Source of the DNA: Marsupella aquatica
Taxonomy: Eukaryota; Plantae; Marchantiophyta
Length of the DNA: 64,000 bases
Assembly (NCBI GenBank): GCA_973895155.1
Contig: OZ316892.1
Location: forward strand, 23,413,168 to 23,477,167
Direction of reading: 5' to 3'
The notes below the pieces were generated by a model. That model saw only the letters and a list, made by a program, of their open reading frames with translations. It was not told the origin of the DNA and did not search any database. Shown one piece after another: positions 1 to 10,319 of the stretch (positions are counted from its first letter, which is position 1; each line of letters begins with the position of its first letter). A program made the position numbers and the translations under genes.

Positions 1-49
1 TCATTAATAGAAAGCCTTGATAAATCCTTAATAGTGTTATTGCACACAT

Positions 50-2413
50 CTAATCTAACAACATATCATTGAGTTCCCCATCGTCCGGTGTTCTAGGTAG
101 CTCTTCTTCAATGTTTGGCTCATTTTCTTTAGGCTCCTCCTGGTCATCAGTATCCACATAAATGCTAGTACCAATGACTCCCAACTGCCCACCAACCGGA
201 GGCTGAACTTCTTGTCCCTGGCCACCTTCACCGGACACTTGTGCTTCATCGTATAGAGTCCAGACAGATTCCAATGTCATAATCCGACTCCTCAAAAATT
301 CTACCTGAGTCTCACCTTTGTCAACAGCACACCCATTCCGAGAGTTGAGAAGTGCAGCCACCAATGTTGACCCAGTTCCACAACAAAGGTCTGCCACCCA
401 GTCCCCTTTCTCACTGAAATGATTAACAAACCAATCACCCAATGCAATTGGTTTTTGGTAAGGGTTTACAATAAACCCTAATGGACTCACAGACTTTGTA
501 GTAACACAGGGAACTTTCACAATGTTCACCCTGCTTTCATCAGGAGCAAAATTGTACATCTCCTTCTTTCGGACTCCATCCTCACTGTAATAACCAATTG
601 ACCAGTTCTCAAAGGCCCAAGCTAGCCTTGGCCCAGAAGGGTGCTCATGGATGTTTGTCTTCTCCCATATACCGGCCTCAACTCCGCAATTGCAAACCTT
701 CTCAAGTGCGCTCATAACGCTATTTGTCTGCTGCAAGGAATGGATCACAACAAACCTCCACATTGGAGAGGTGGTGATTTTAGCAAAATTAGTAACCATC
801 TCATTTACATCCTGTTCAGTGAAAGGTTCCTCGTCAAACTGAGAACCAGGGGCATTGAAACCGTATAGGATGTCTGCAATTGCCAAAGTGAAATGTTTTG
901 GCTCTAGAAAGGTTTCTAGTTTCCGAATATCTCCAACATGAAGAGAATATGAGAATGCGTCTCCATTTGCATTCTTCCATTGATGTTGAGATGAAGCTGT
1001 AGCAATTGATGAGATATTTAGTCTCCGATTGTGTTTTTCAATTGCTTCAAGAACATAGTTCTTGAAGACGTAGGGGATGTCGCATGAAGGAATCTCAACC
1101 TCCACGCCCTCGTCAAATTCATTTCCAAAAATGACTTTTTTCTTCCTCTTTGAACTGATTTTGAACTGCACATTAAACAAAACTCTTTGTAAGATTTCCA
1201 AACACAAATTTTGAATGCCACCAGTGATACAAGTAACACTACCTGCATTCAATATCTCAAATATTTGCTTTGAATATATATAACTGAAAACAAAGGGACA
1301 TAAGGACATTGTGCTTACTGCTTCTGTGAGCTTTTCGCACCAAGTTGAAAGGACTTTCACATCGGTTTCCTGGGGAAACATTTCCCGGCATGTTGCCCAA
1401 TCTTTTTGACCAGAAATCTGCAGGAACAATTTCTTTACCTTTGCCAACTTCTTAAGTGTCTCACCTTCTTTGAACATTTGTTCTAGAGTGATTTTCTTTC
1501 CAATTACTCTGTTTAGGAGTCGCTTCACATGCTCCTGATTGGAAAGCCCCTGGAGAGCTCTGAAGACCCTCAAATTGAAATGCCCAGAGAGCTTGTTCAT
1601 TTTGATTTCACTTACACTCAGCGGTTTAGGTTTAGCTTTTGATTTACCTTTTGATGTTGCTGATAGCTGCTTGGCCATGATTGGCTTTGTTTGACCAAGG
1701 ATCTCAAACTTTTGCCACATAGAGAAAATTTTATCTTGGAGCTCCCAAATCTCCCCAGATTGAAAGGCAATCTGAAATGTAGGGTCATGTTTGGCCATTG
1801 AGTCACGAACACCTGGAGTGTAATCAAGCATACATTCCTTACAACAAGCTTCTTGCAACTCTTTAGTTGACCCCACATTCATTTCCATGAAAATATTGTG
1901 ACAGGCACGAACTTTGTCAATCGATGTCATGGTTTTCCGGTACTCCTGGTCGTAGTTATGCTGGAAAGCCAGCATCCTGATCTCATGTCTCGTTAGACCA
2001 GAGTAAACCCATGCCTCAATCTCACCGTACACTTGCTTTCCATACATTTTGAAAAGTTCAGCCTTTGCACGAGCTCCATGATTACCGCCAATCACTCGAT
2101 ACTTCCATACCCTAGATTTAGTAATGTCCCACTCATGAATTGTGGGACAATCTGTTGGATCAACTACAACAACAAATGGAGCCGTGAAGTTGGAAGGGTT
2201 TTTCATGAGCAACATTTTGATGTTCTCTACATGTAGCCGATCTACAGGTCTAACTAAAGTTGAATTCTCACCCTCATCTTCAAAAATGAGATTATTGACA
2301 TGCAGAAGCACGCTGGTCCTCTGGACTCTGCGTTCAAGCATGAGCTTTGCAAGTTCAGCCTTGATGGCATCTGTCTCAAATGAAGCCAACGGCGTCTCTT
2401 CTTCCTCATCTCC
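50..2413 (-). CDS. Uninterrupted exons 2-3 of the ParB-like/DNA amino-methyltransferase gene (the 804-aa ORF, which reads through an in-frame 153-nt intron)
   Basis: Open from 2413 to the stop at 50 and carries all ParB-like and MTase motifs. The AT-rich 51-codon stretch VSTMSLCPF...LFNVQ is bounded by GTAAGC...TGCAG. Confidence 0.75.
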   Translation of the reverse strand, partial: GDEEEETPLASFETDAIKAELAKLMLERRVQRTSVLLHVNNLIFEDEGENSTLVRPVDRLHVENIKMLLMKNPSNFTAPFVVVVDPTDCPTIHEWDITKSRVWKYRVIGGNHGARAKAELFKMYGKQVYGEIEAWVYSGLTRHEIRMLAFQHNYDQEYRKTMTSIDKVRACHNIFMEMNVGSTKELQEACCKECMLDYTPGVRDSMAKHDPTFQIAFQSGEIWELQDKIFSMWQKFEILGQTKPIMAKQLSATSKGKSKAKPKPLSVSEIKMNKLSGHFNLRVFRALQGLSNQEHVKRLLNRVIGKKITLEQMFKEGETLKKLAKVKKLFLQISGQKDWATCREMFPQETDVKVLSTWCEKLTEAVSTMSLCPFVFSYIYSKQIFEILNAGSVTCITGGIQNLCLEILQRVLFNVQFKISSKRKKKVIFGNEFDEGVEVEIPSCDIPYVFKNYVLEAIEKHNRRLNISSIATASSQHQWKNANGDAFSYSLHVGDIRKLETFLEPKHFTLAIADILYGFNAPGSQFDEEPFTEQDVNEMVTNFAKITTSPMWRFVVIHSLQQTNSVMSALEKVCNCGVEAGIWEKTNIHEHPSGPRLAWAFENWSIGYYSEDGVRKKEMYNFAPDESRVNIVKVPCVTTKSVSPLGFIVNPYQKPIALGDWFVNHFSEKGDWVADLCCGTGSTLVAALLNSRNGCAVDKGETQVEFLRSRIMTLESVWTLYDEAQVSGEGGQGQEVQPPVGGQLGVIGTSIYVDTDDQEEPKENEPNIEEELPRTPDDGELNDMLLD

Positions 2414-3535
2414 CTGAAAAATAACATGGCTTGCAATGAATTTTAAGAAGAATTCAAAATGCAAACCATTTTCATTATTTCAATGCAATTATGCGCGATA
2501 CAAGTATCGCTCCCAACATTCATTGCTAGACAAATAAACTTACCAGGGGAATGCTAACGACAGCTGAGGTTGGACCTGAGGTAAGGGGTAATCGTTCTTC
2601 GGATTGATGCATTGACACAGCTGGAGTGCTTATTGCACCACTTGAATCTGCAGCTAGAGCTACTCCTGTGCCTCCAATCCAACCTGTCCTCTTCTTCTTT
2701 GCAAGTGAAGTTGATGGCGATGGAACCTCTGCCTCGACAGGTACCAATTCATCCACAACTCCCCTTCCATGACCTCTTCCACGACCACGACCTCAACCAC
2801 GACCAACACTTGAGTAGCGCCTGGGCTTGCCTCTACAGATTGAGGTGCTTCACCTAGAATCACTCTCATGGTAGCTTCTACTTGGGAATTCCCTTTCCCA
2901 TGTCCCCCGCTCCCACTAGCACAATCAACTCCTTTTGCAACTGAAGATGCGCCACTCCCGCTAATGGTTGGCTTCCTTACTTTGATCCTTCGTGTGGGTT
3001 TAAACTCTTCACCCACGAGTCTCTTATACTCTTTCTGGACAAATGGCAGCATCAAAGGACTCGAATCATCCACAACATTAGCAACCTACTCAGGCTTGAA
3101 GATCTCCATCTCAATTGTACTCGCGACTTCCTTCACAATAGGATCTTCGGGAAATTTGTCTAATGTTGAGAGATCATACAAATCCATGTCCACTACAAGG
3201 GCCACAAAACCCTTGCTTCCACACATTGTGAGGAAGCTCAATCCAATAGCGACAGATTTTTCCTTCCCATGACCCTTCTTAAAGTCACATGCGGCAACCC
3301 CAATTACTGGACCAAAGGAGAGTGTAATCTTCTCTGTTTTCTTCACTTGAACCCAAAGAACGGGTGTCTCCCAGTCAGCTGCTTCCTTGGACAGCATTTG
3401 AGTATCTCGAAAGTACCAAGGTCTCCTCACAAACTTTTGTTCATCACAAATATCTTCTATCGTCTAGATCACATTACACAAAGTTGTCATGAGGTTCTCG
3501 GTCTCAGCAGACCCTGTCCTTGCACTTCCTTCCAT
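50..3535 (-). pseudogene. Spliced ParB/Srx-like domain + beta-class N6-adenine/N4-cytosine DNA methyltransferase fusion gene. Reconstructed exons 3535-2544, 2413-1319, 1165-50; exon 1 is damaged
   Basis: C-terminus has beta-class amino-MTase order: LHVGD...LAIADILYG (DPPY-like motif IV), IWEK, NPYQKP, then VADLCCGTGSTLVAA (motif I, FxGxG-like). N-terminal VRPVD...PFVVVV...YRVIGGNHGARA...AFQHN resembles ParB/Srx. GT-AG phase-0 introns at 2543-2414 and 1318-1166 join the frames. Exon 1 (ATG 3535) has stops at 3464-66, 3086-88 and 2793-95 plus a frameshift near 2810. Confidence 0.8.
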
Positions 3536-3743
3536 TGTTTTCCTTTGGCAGATCAAATTTGAGATCTACACTGCTTGATCAATCCCACGAGCGATACAAG
3601 TATCGTACTTTGCTTTCTTCTGAATACGGCATCCAAGTTGTTTTCTACTGGGTCCAAGAACCTTGAGCAGGGGCGTCTGTTGGGAGCTGCTATTGATTCT
3701 CATGCGGTTCTTGTGATGCCTAGACAGGAATCACTCGGCCGGT

Positions 3744-6700
3744 TAAGTGGGTAAAGCAGGAAGGCACCCTAGGAACACCTTAGTATAGTGACAAAACAAG
3801 GAAAATATAAACAATTAGGGGCAACCATGGAACCCGGGCAGAGGCCGGAGGTAAGGCTAAGGGTGAAAACCCGATTAGGGTTAGGGCGCGTTAAGCGTCG
3901 GCGGCTAGGAAGGATCAACGGGAAGAAGGACCGGCAGAGGAGAGGGGTAAGGAGCGCTTGCAGGAGATGGTGGCTCATTTGCGAGCACGAACTAGGCAGA
4001 CGACTACGGGAGGCCAACTACTGTCAGCTGCTTAGGCAAGCACTCGGGGAGAGAATTGATACCGACGATCAACCTAAGGAGGGTATGAGCAACGTCAATC
4101 AAGCGGCACATTTCTAGGGATGCCTGTTCGAACGGGCAACTGAGTACATCAAGACTTACGAGGACGAGGAGTCAGAAAGGGCAGCTCGAGAACGGCAGGA
4201 GCTCGCTCGATTGTGGGAGCTGTAGAAGACGGCTTTCTTAGGAGGCGAACTCATCAAGGACGAGTTCCTGTGGACGCCTACTTCCAATCAACTCGACGAT
4301 CTTCTGTTTTGCAAAGACAGCGTCGTCGGCATCCGAGAGGCCATCAAGAACTGCAACGACATACACTGGGAATTAAAGGGTAGCACGGAAAGGTGGACCC
4401 AGGCAACGGTGCTAGGAGAAACCTCCACGGCAGCAGAGATGAAGAGGAAGGGAGCCGTCAACGATGAAGCCACCCGGCAAAAAGAACGAGGTCGGCGGCA
4501 CCAAAGAAGCCAGCCGAGCAACAGAGCAGGAGGCAGGGAGAAGCCAAAGAGGAGGAGGTCGATCCCATCAAGGCCATTCCAACCAGGGATGACACCTGGA
4601 AGGGCTGGGCGGCAACCCTACCGGTGGAGGTGCAACTACATTTTGCACGGGAGGAGGATGCATGCTTTACGGCCATGCAGACCAAGAAGTACCAAGGCTT
4701 CATGGCCGGATCCGGCTTGGAGGCCTTTGTAAGATTACCATGGCTGAAGCCGGAGGTACCGGAGTCAGACCTATTAGAATTCGTGGGGTCATGGGAACCC
4801 GAGACCAATTGCACGAGGATATATGGGAAGGATTTCTATCTTACTCCCAAGGTAATTGCCGAAGTGTTTGGCCTGCCGATAGGCAATAAGACCAAAGTTG
4901 ATACCAGGAAGACCTTGCCTGACAAGGAGTTCCGGTCGTTCCCCGGGCCATCAACGAAGAATGGCTTCTTCCGGAACACCTGCACCAACCCGCACATAGG
5001 AGAGATGATCGACTTCTTGCGGGTGACCATGCATTGTAACTTGCCAAGGGCAGAGATCGGCAAGGCACAGGTCTATCTGGCAGAAAGGCCAGGCCCAAGC
5101 CGGGACTACAACGGGTACCTCCTCAACCAATTGAAGAAGATCTTAAAGGAGGAGCAGCAGGTAATTGGCATGGGGAGCGTGTCGCGGCTTGGCTATCACA
5201 TGCCGCTGTTGTGCCGGTATGCCAGAGGTCAGACTTTTGCCCCGGTACTTCCCCTGCAGGTAAGGGCACCCGAGGAAGCTCCAACGCCGAGGCCGTTGGC
5301 TGAGAAGCCTCCACCACCTGTTAGTCCTACGATCGAGCAGGTGTTTAGGCCCAGGAAGGAAGACTTGCCGATGCAGCAACCAGGCATGCAGAGTCTGCTG
5401 AAACTACTGGAGAAAGAAAAGAGATCGGCATCGGCAACAACAACGGCAACAGCAACAATGCAGGACACTACTACAGAGGTAGGCCTACACCGGCTCACAA
5501 GAGAAAACCCCTTTGCTGGAGACAAGGAGAGAATCAGGCCGGAATCCAAGCCAGGTGTTCGAATGTACGTGGGAACCTCAAGCTCCGAATCTGAGGCAGA
5601 ATTGCCTGAAGCTCCTATCGACGAAGAGGAGAGGGAGAAGCCGGACGTCCAAGAGGTAGAGGAGGCAGTGGAGGACTGCAGCCATGATAATTCCGGCTAT
5701 GGGTCGGACCATCACGTTCCAGGAGTAAGGACCTGTGGCCGGTTTGTCCCCACACTTCCAAGGGTAGTGCGAGGGGACCCCAACCAGCAGAGTAGCCCTG
5801 AGTCTCCCCCACCAGATGTTGCTCCCCCGAGCTTCGACGGCATAAAACAGACGGTGCAGGAATTTCAGCAGCGAATCAAGCAGGAGGAAGAGGCCGCCCT
5901 GGCTAAGGAAAAGGATTTACCAAGAGGAGATTGGCCGGAGGACATCAGGCGGCTAGCCAAAAAAGGAAGCAAACCTCTAGCCACGATTGAAGAGATCCGC
6001 AGGACGGCTTGGGAGCAGAGGCCACGATGGGCGATGCCGATCACTTCTACTTACTCCACCTACGCTAAGAATAGAGCCATGGAGTATGGTGAGATGTGTG
6101 GGGAACTTGCGCTCGGCATCTTTGGAGAGGAGTTGGAGATAGGACCCTTTTTCCATAGGGAGCAGTTGGAGAAGCACCAATTAGAAGAAGCGGTGGCTTT
6201 AGAGAGAAGCAAGAAGGACGAGGTCATTCGGCGGCTTAGGAGGATGGAAGCCGAGATTGAAGATCTAAGGGCGGCCAAGAAAGCCCAAGATGAACTGCGG
6301 ATTAAACGACATGAGCTGAACATCATGCAGGGGCAGTTGGACACCGCGCAGGCTGATAATCAGAATATCAAGGATAAACTGACTCAGACGCAGGAAGAGT
6401 TGGCCGACACGATCAAAGAAAGGGAAAAGTGGAAGCAAGAGCTGAAGAATACAGAGGAGGCCCACATAACAGCCAACAGCCGGGCCATGGCGGAAACCCA
6501 AAGAAAGGAATGGGCGTTGAAAGGGGAGCTCGAGAAAATCCGCGGAGCCCTTGAGCAGAAGGAGGTCGAGTTAGGGAAATCCTATCAAGGGATTATGGCG
6601 CTGCAGCAGGAGCTTGCGTCCCTGACGGCCAGCTTCAAGGCCGACCTAAGGGAGAAGGACGAGATGCTCGAACAGACTTACGCCAAGATGAACCAGATGG

Positions 6701-8418
6701 AGTCTGTCATCATTGCAGAGCTCGACAAGGAGCTAAGAGCAACCCAGGAGGAGAGGGCTACCTTGAAGAAGGAATTGGAGGAAGCCCACAGGGAGCAGGA
6801 GGAGGCCAAAAACGAGCTGGAGGGGGCACGTAAGGACCTGGATGAAACCCAAGAGGAGTTGGAGGAAATCACGAGGAAGATGGAGAACCTACAGCGGCGG
6901 GCCGACAACCAAACAGAGCGGCTAAAGAAACAAGCCGCAGTATTTAAATGCTTAGCTGCAGCAGGTCCATCTCCCGTTGGGACAAACCAGTTACCAGGGG
7001 TGGTAATTGCCGAAGGACAAGCCGCGTCAACTGCACCAGTGCCGGAAGTAAGTGGGAAGGGGAAGGGACCAGCTGCCGAGCCACCAACGAAGAAGAAGCG
7101 GAAACCTTCAGGGTCAAGGAGTAATACGACTTCACAGGCCATGGTGATCAAGGAGGTAGACCCAGCACCGACCCCAGATAGGGTCACGGCTAAGGATCCA
7201 ACTACCCTAGGGGAAGGGGAGGCCGAAGCCGAGGGAGTGGCTGAAGCCGAAGCCGTGGGAGTGGCTGAGGCCGAAGCCGTGGGTATTGCCGAAGCCGGTG
7301 TCGAGGCTGAAGCCGAAGGTGGACCCAGTCAGGCCGATGGAGAGTTGACTCGGTCAAGGGCAGGTAATCTGTCAGTAGGCGGGCCAACGGCAGTGGCTGA
7401 GGAGGAAGTGTTGGGGGCGTCCATTGAGGATCCACCACCGGTGTCGTGACGGTGCAAGGGCGCCGTTCCTTTTAGGGAGGGCGGACGTGGAGGGAGGAGG
7501 CGTGAGTGGGCAGGGCGAGCACGGATCTCCACGTTTAGGATTAGGATCAGAACCAGGAGCGACCCTGACACTTAGCTTAGTGGGATTGCGGTCCCACTGG
7601 TAGGAGCAACACTTGTGCTCCTGCCTTGCTGTACATAGGTAGATTCAGGCAAGTAGATTACTGTTAAGTAGATTAGGCTTACGATGCAAAGAATGGCGGA
7701 TCCACTACCAGGATAAGTACCTGGGCAGCGGGGAGCTCAGGGCCTCTTCTTTAGCAAGTTTTTAGTTTGCACCAGCCGGGCTGGGATCAAGTAGTACGAG
7801 AAGCTCTCGGTTAGTCATACAGTGACCCTTGTGTATATTCATGTTTCCTCATGCCTAAGAGCTGAATAGAGTTGGCCTCACGGCTTAGTTCGCAGAACTT
7901 GTGTATGAGACGTACTGTTTGTATGGCAAGTGCATGGTATGACTCAGTCAGAATGAGTCATTTTGCTATTTGTGTGTCGCATTAACTTGTGTGAAGAGTG
8001 CCCACATCAACAGAAGGAAGGAAAGTAAGCAGGGGAGTGAGAGTTGGATGTGTCGAGCTGAGAGAGGTCTTAGCGGCTTAACCAAGCCTATTGGGGATCA
8101 TTCCGGCGGCGGAATCCAAACATACCTAACAAGAAGACAGGGGAAGACAGGGGAAGGCCTATATTAGGCCGGCTACGTATCTCATGACCCGATGAAGGAT
8201 CTGTCCAGTATATGTGTGTAAAATGTTAATAGTAGTAGTAGAAGGTTAGCAGCATCCCATGCCGCTAAGCCGCGGAAACGGCCTCGCCAAGCACGAAACC
8301 TGCGGGAATCGGCTTGAGCTGGGGGGTTTCTTGGGTTTAGGGAGCCATGGGACGCACCACAGTTCTAATCCAGCAAGGGTCAAGGCTATTGTTGTCCATC
8401 TGCACAATGACATGTAGT
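3744..8418 (+). mobile_element. Retroelement-derived insertion (no pol seen) flanked by GCCGGT direct repeats
   Basis: Abrupt shift to GC/purine-rich composition; GCCGGT at 3738-3743 and 8419-8424; carries a long TE-like ORF; purine tract at about 8130-8158. Confidence 0.55.
4624..7449 (+). CDS. Retrotransposon accessory-type protein (plant-mobile-domain-like N-terminus, long coiled coil, acidic Ala/Glu tail); 3' part of a longer decayed ORF starting near 3826
   Basis: 941-aa open frame. AFVRLPW...LLEFVGSW...LTPKVIAEVFGLP resembles the extra ORFs of plant Gypsy (Tat/Athila-like) elements. E/K/Q heptads and AEAEAVGV repeats are present. The upstream part has TAG stops at 4115 and 4222 and a frameshift. 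Confidence 0.6.
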   Translation: MEVQLHFAREEDACFTAMQTKKYQGFMAGSGLEAFVRLPWLKPEVPESDLLEFVGSWEPETNCTRIYGKDFYLTPKVIAEVFGLPIGNKTKVDTRKTLPDKEFRSFPGPSTKNGFFRNTCTNPHIGEMIDFLRVTMHCNLPRAEIGKAQVYLAERPGPSRDYNGYLLNQLKKILKEEQQVIGMGSVSRLGYHMPLLCRYARGQTFAPVLPLQVRAPEEAPTPRPLAEKPPPPVSPTIEQVFRPRKEDLPMQQPGMQSLLKLLEKEKRSASATTTATATMQDTTTEVGLHRLTRENPFAGDKERIRPESKPGVRMYVGTSSSESEAELPEAPIDEEEREKPDVQEVEEAVEDCSHDNSGYGSDHHVPGVRTCGRFVPTLPRVVRGDPNQQSSPESPPPDVAPPSFDGIKQTVQEFQQRIKQEEEAALAKEKDLPRGDWPEDIRRLAKKGSKPLATIEEIRRTAWEQRPRWAMPITSTYSTYAKNRAMEYGEMCGELALGIFGEELEIGPFFHREQLEKHQLEEAVALERSKKDEVIRRLRRMEAEIEDLRAAKKAQDELRIKRHELNIMQGQLDTAQADNQNIKDKLTQTQEELADTIKEREKWKQELKNTEEAHITANSRAMAETQRKEWALKGELEKIRGALEQKEVELGKSYQGIMALQQELASLTASFKADLREKDEMLEQTYAKMNQMESVIIAELDKELRATQEERATLKKELEEAHREQEEAKNELEGARKDLDETQEELEEITRKMENLQRRADNQTERLKKQAAVFKCLAAAGPSPVGTNQLPGVVIAEGQAASTAPVPEVSGKGKGPAAEPPTKKKRKPSGSRSNTTSQAMVIKEVDPAPTPDRVTAKDPTTLGEGEAEAEGVAEAEAVGVAEAEAVGIAEAGVEAEAEGGPSQADGELTRSRAGNLSVGGPTAVAEEEVLGASIEDPPPVS

Positions 8419-8639
8419 GCCGGTGAGTCAAATCTGAAGCTCAAAAAATGAAGAAAGGCCGACGATACTGGCAATCAATGTAAACTATCAGTTTGATCAC
8501 TTAATCTGCTTCTCAAAACTCAAAATTGCAGAAGAATTGCCAATGCCCGTAGCAATGCAAAAGAGCAACTTACAAAACAATTGGAACAAAAGGAAAGATA
8601 GATTGACAGACATGACAAGCTGCAACTCCTTCTCTGCCG

Positions 8640-9575
8640 ATGGTGACTACGATCAACTCACTGTCCTCTCCTTTGTCGCCCTTTGGCTGCATCAATTTGA
8701 GCGAGTACTATGTCATGATTGTTATTGTGGGAACGGCCAAATCGACAGCGATGAATTCTAAGTCCTTCAGACTTGCAAGTCTTCCTCCGCTCTTTGGGAA
8801 TGTTGCCATTGAGCAAAGAGAGAAGAACGAGAGAACAAGCTTTGCTTTCTTAACAAGCCAACACCTTACAAACCCCCAAGAGGATCCATGAATCCACGAT
8901 CGGGCTACAGATACAAGATTGCTGGCTCTAATGGAGTCTCTAGTTTCTGATGTTTTAACTGGGATTACTGAATTCAGCTTAATTTTGAGAACAACATGAC
9001 TCAATCCCAAGAGAGATACAAGCACCGCAATTTGCTTTTGGATTGGGCCAACACTTTCCAATCCATCCGCCGATTCCTCTTTAGATGACAAAACACAAAG
9101 ACTCCTACTCGAAAGCAATACGACTATCTCATATGTCTTTCACAAGCCACACGGAATGCCTCAAAAACTATTTGTGCAAAACCAACTAAGGGAAATGACT
9201 CAAGAAGCAGACCAAATCCTTTTCACAGTACAAACCATGGTTCGCACTGTCTTCATTTGCGCCGCCTCTAGAACTTGTTTTGGTGCTGCCTACAGGGTAA
9301 AACTATTTCTTTTTGAATCAGCCAGGCCACACCACCTCCTCAGTCTCCTCTCTAGCCAAACAATGCTCCTTTCCAAAATCTCTCACACGAGCTCTCACAA
9401 AGACAAGAAAAAATGGGAAACATTGTATGGGAGAGGATATAGACATGAGGCCGTCACTCTTTGGGCACTCAAAAGATTGTCGAGCCCAACTTTTGCTGGG
9501 CACATTTTTGCTTGTAAGCGAACGGAACAGAGTATTTGTGTTTGTTTAGGTGGGGTTTTGTCAGGTCCACCTTAG
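8640..9575 (+). pseudogene. Decayed ORF of unknown function, divergent partner of the MTase gene
   Basis: ORFs 8640-8891 and 9156-9575 are in the same frame and separated only by two TGA codons (8889, 8997) consistent with CGA>TGA. Confidence 0.45.
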
Positions 9576-10319
9576 AGGTCACGAGTGACCCAGTCCAATG
9601 ATCTTTGCAGCGCAGTCCGTCCTAAATCTACACTACTCAATCCAAAGAGTGATACAAGTATCGCTATTGGCTTTCGGATCCGACCAACAACTACCCAAGA
9701 GAAAATAAGGGCCCCAACATAATATGAAGAACTGCGAGATGAGCAGCAGACGGCTTTACAATCTTCAAGAGACAGAATCTAAACCATGATTGAAGTATTT
9801 TCACTCCTGCACCATGAGACTAATTGAGTTGGCTCAATGCACCAAGCAATACCTGTATTGTTGAGGGTTTGAAACTTAGGTTTGAATGCAACTTACGATA
9901 CAAGTATCGCAAGTTTCTTTCTACAAAGCTGATTACGATACGAGTATCACAATTTTCTTTGGAAAGTGGAAAGCTTACTCTTAAGACCAGAATGCGCATC
10001 TGTATGGAGAGGAGGTTTTCTTTGGGTTGGGTGAGAGCTTGATTGTGAAAGAGGACTTGAAAAAATGAAACTTCTTTCCATGAGCGGGCAGTCATATTTA
10101 TACTTTTGGAGGTAGTTATGGTTAATTTCTAGCTTAACCCTAGTTAAACTTAACCATAGTTAGAGCCTACTGCGCGGTTATGCACAGTTTCACCATTTCT
10201 GTAAATTTCTGATAACCAAAGAATTTACAAATGCAAAGGTTGATACCCGTATCGGTGTTTGCATTCCTCCTAAGCATGGATGACTATTTTTCTGGAATGC
10301 ACAATTTGTATCGAGTTTT

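Larger units (their letters stand above)
1224..10254. repeat. Dispersed 14-16 bp palindrome, consensus GCGATAC-NN-GTATCGC
   Basis: Copies at 1224-1239 (degenerate, inside the 1166-1318 intron), 2495-2510 (perfect arms, inside the 2414-2543 intron), 3591-3606, 9649-9664, 9847-9860 (CAATACCTGTATTG), 9895-9910, 9935-9950 and 10241-10254. Confidence 0.85.

Noticed and set aside
2414-2464. Start of the 804-aa ORF (MHFEFFLKF...) as the true N-terminus
   Set aside because: Non-ATG start inside a GT-AG intron; the frame splices to upstream exon 1.
50-2464. Bacterial contamination or a restriction-modification system
   Set aside because: Spliceosomal introns, plant-type TE insertion and deamination-type decay; no nuclease or operon seen.
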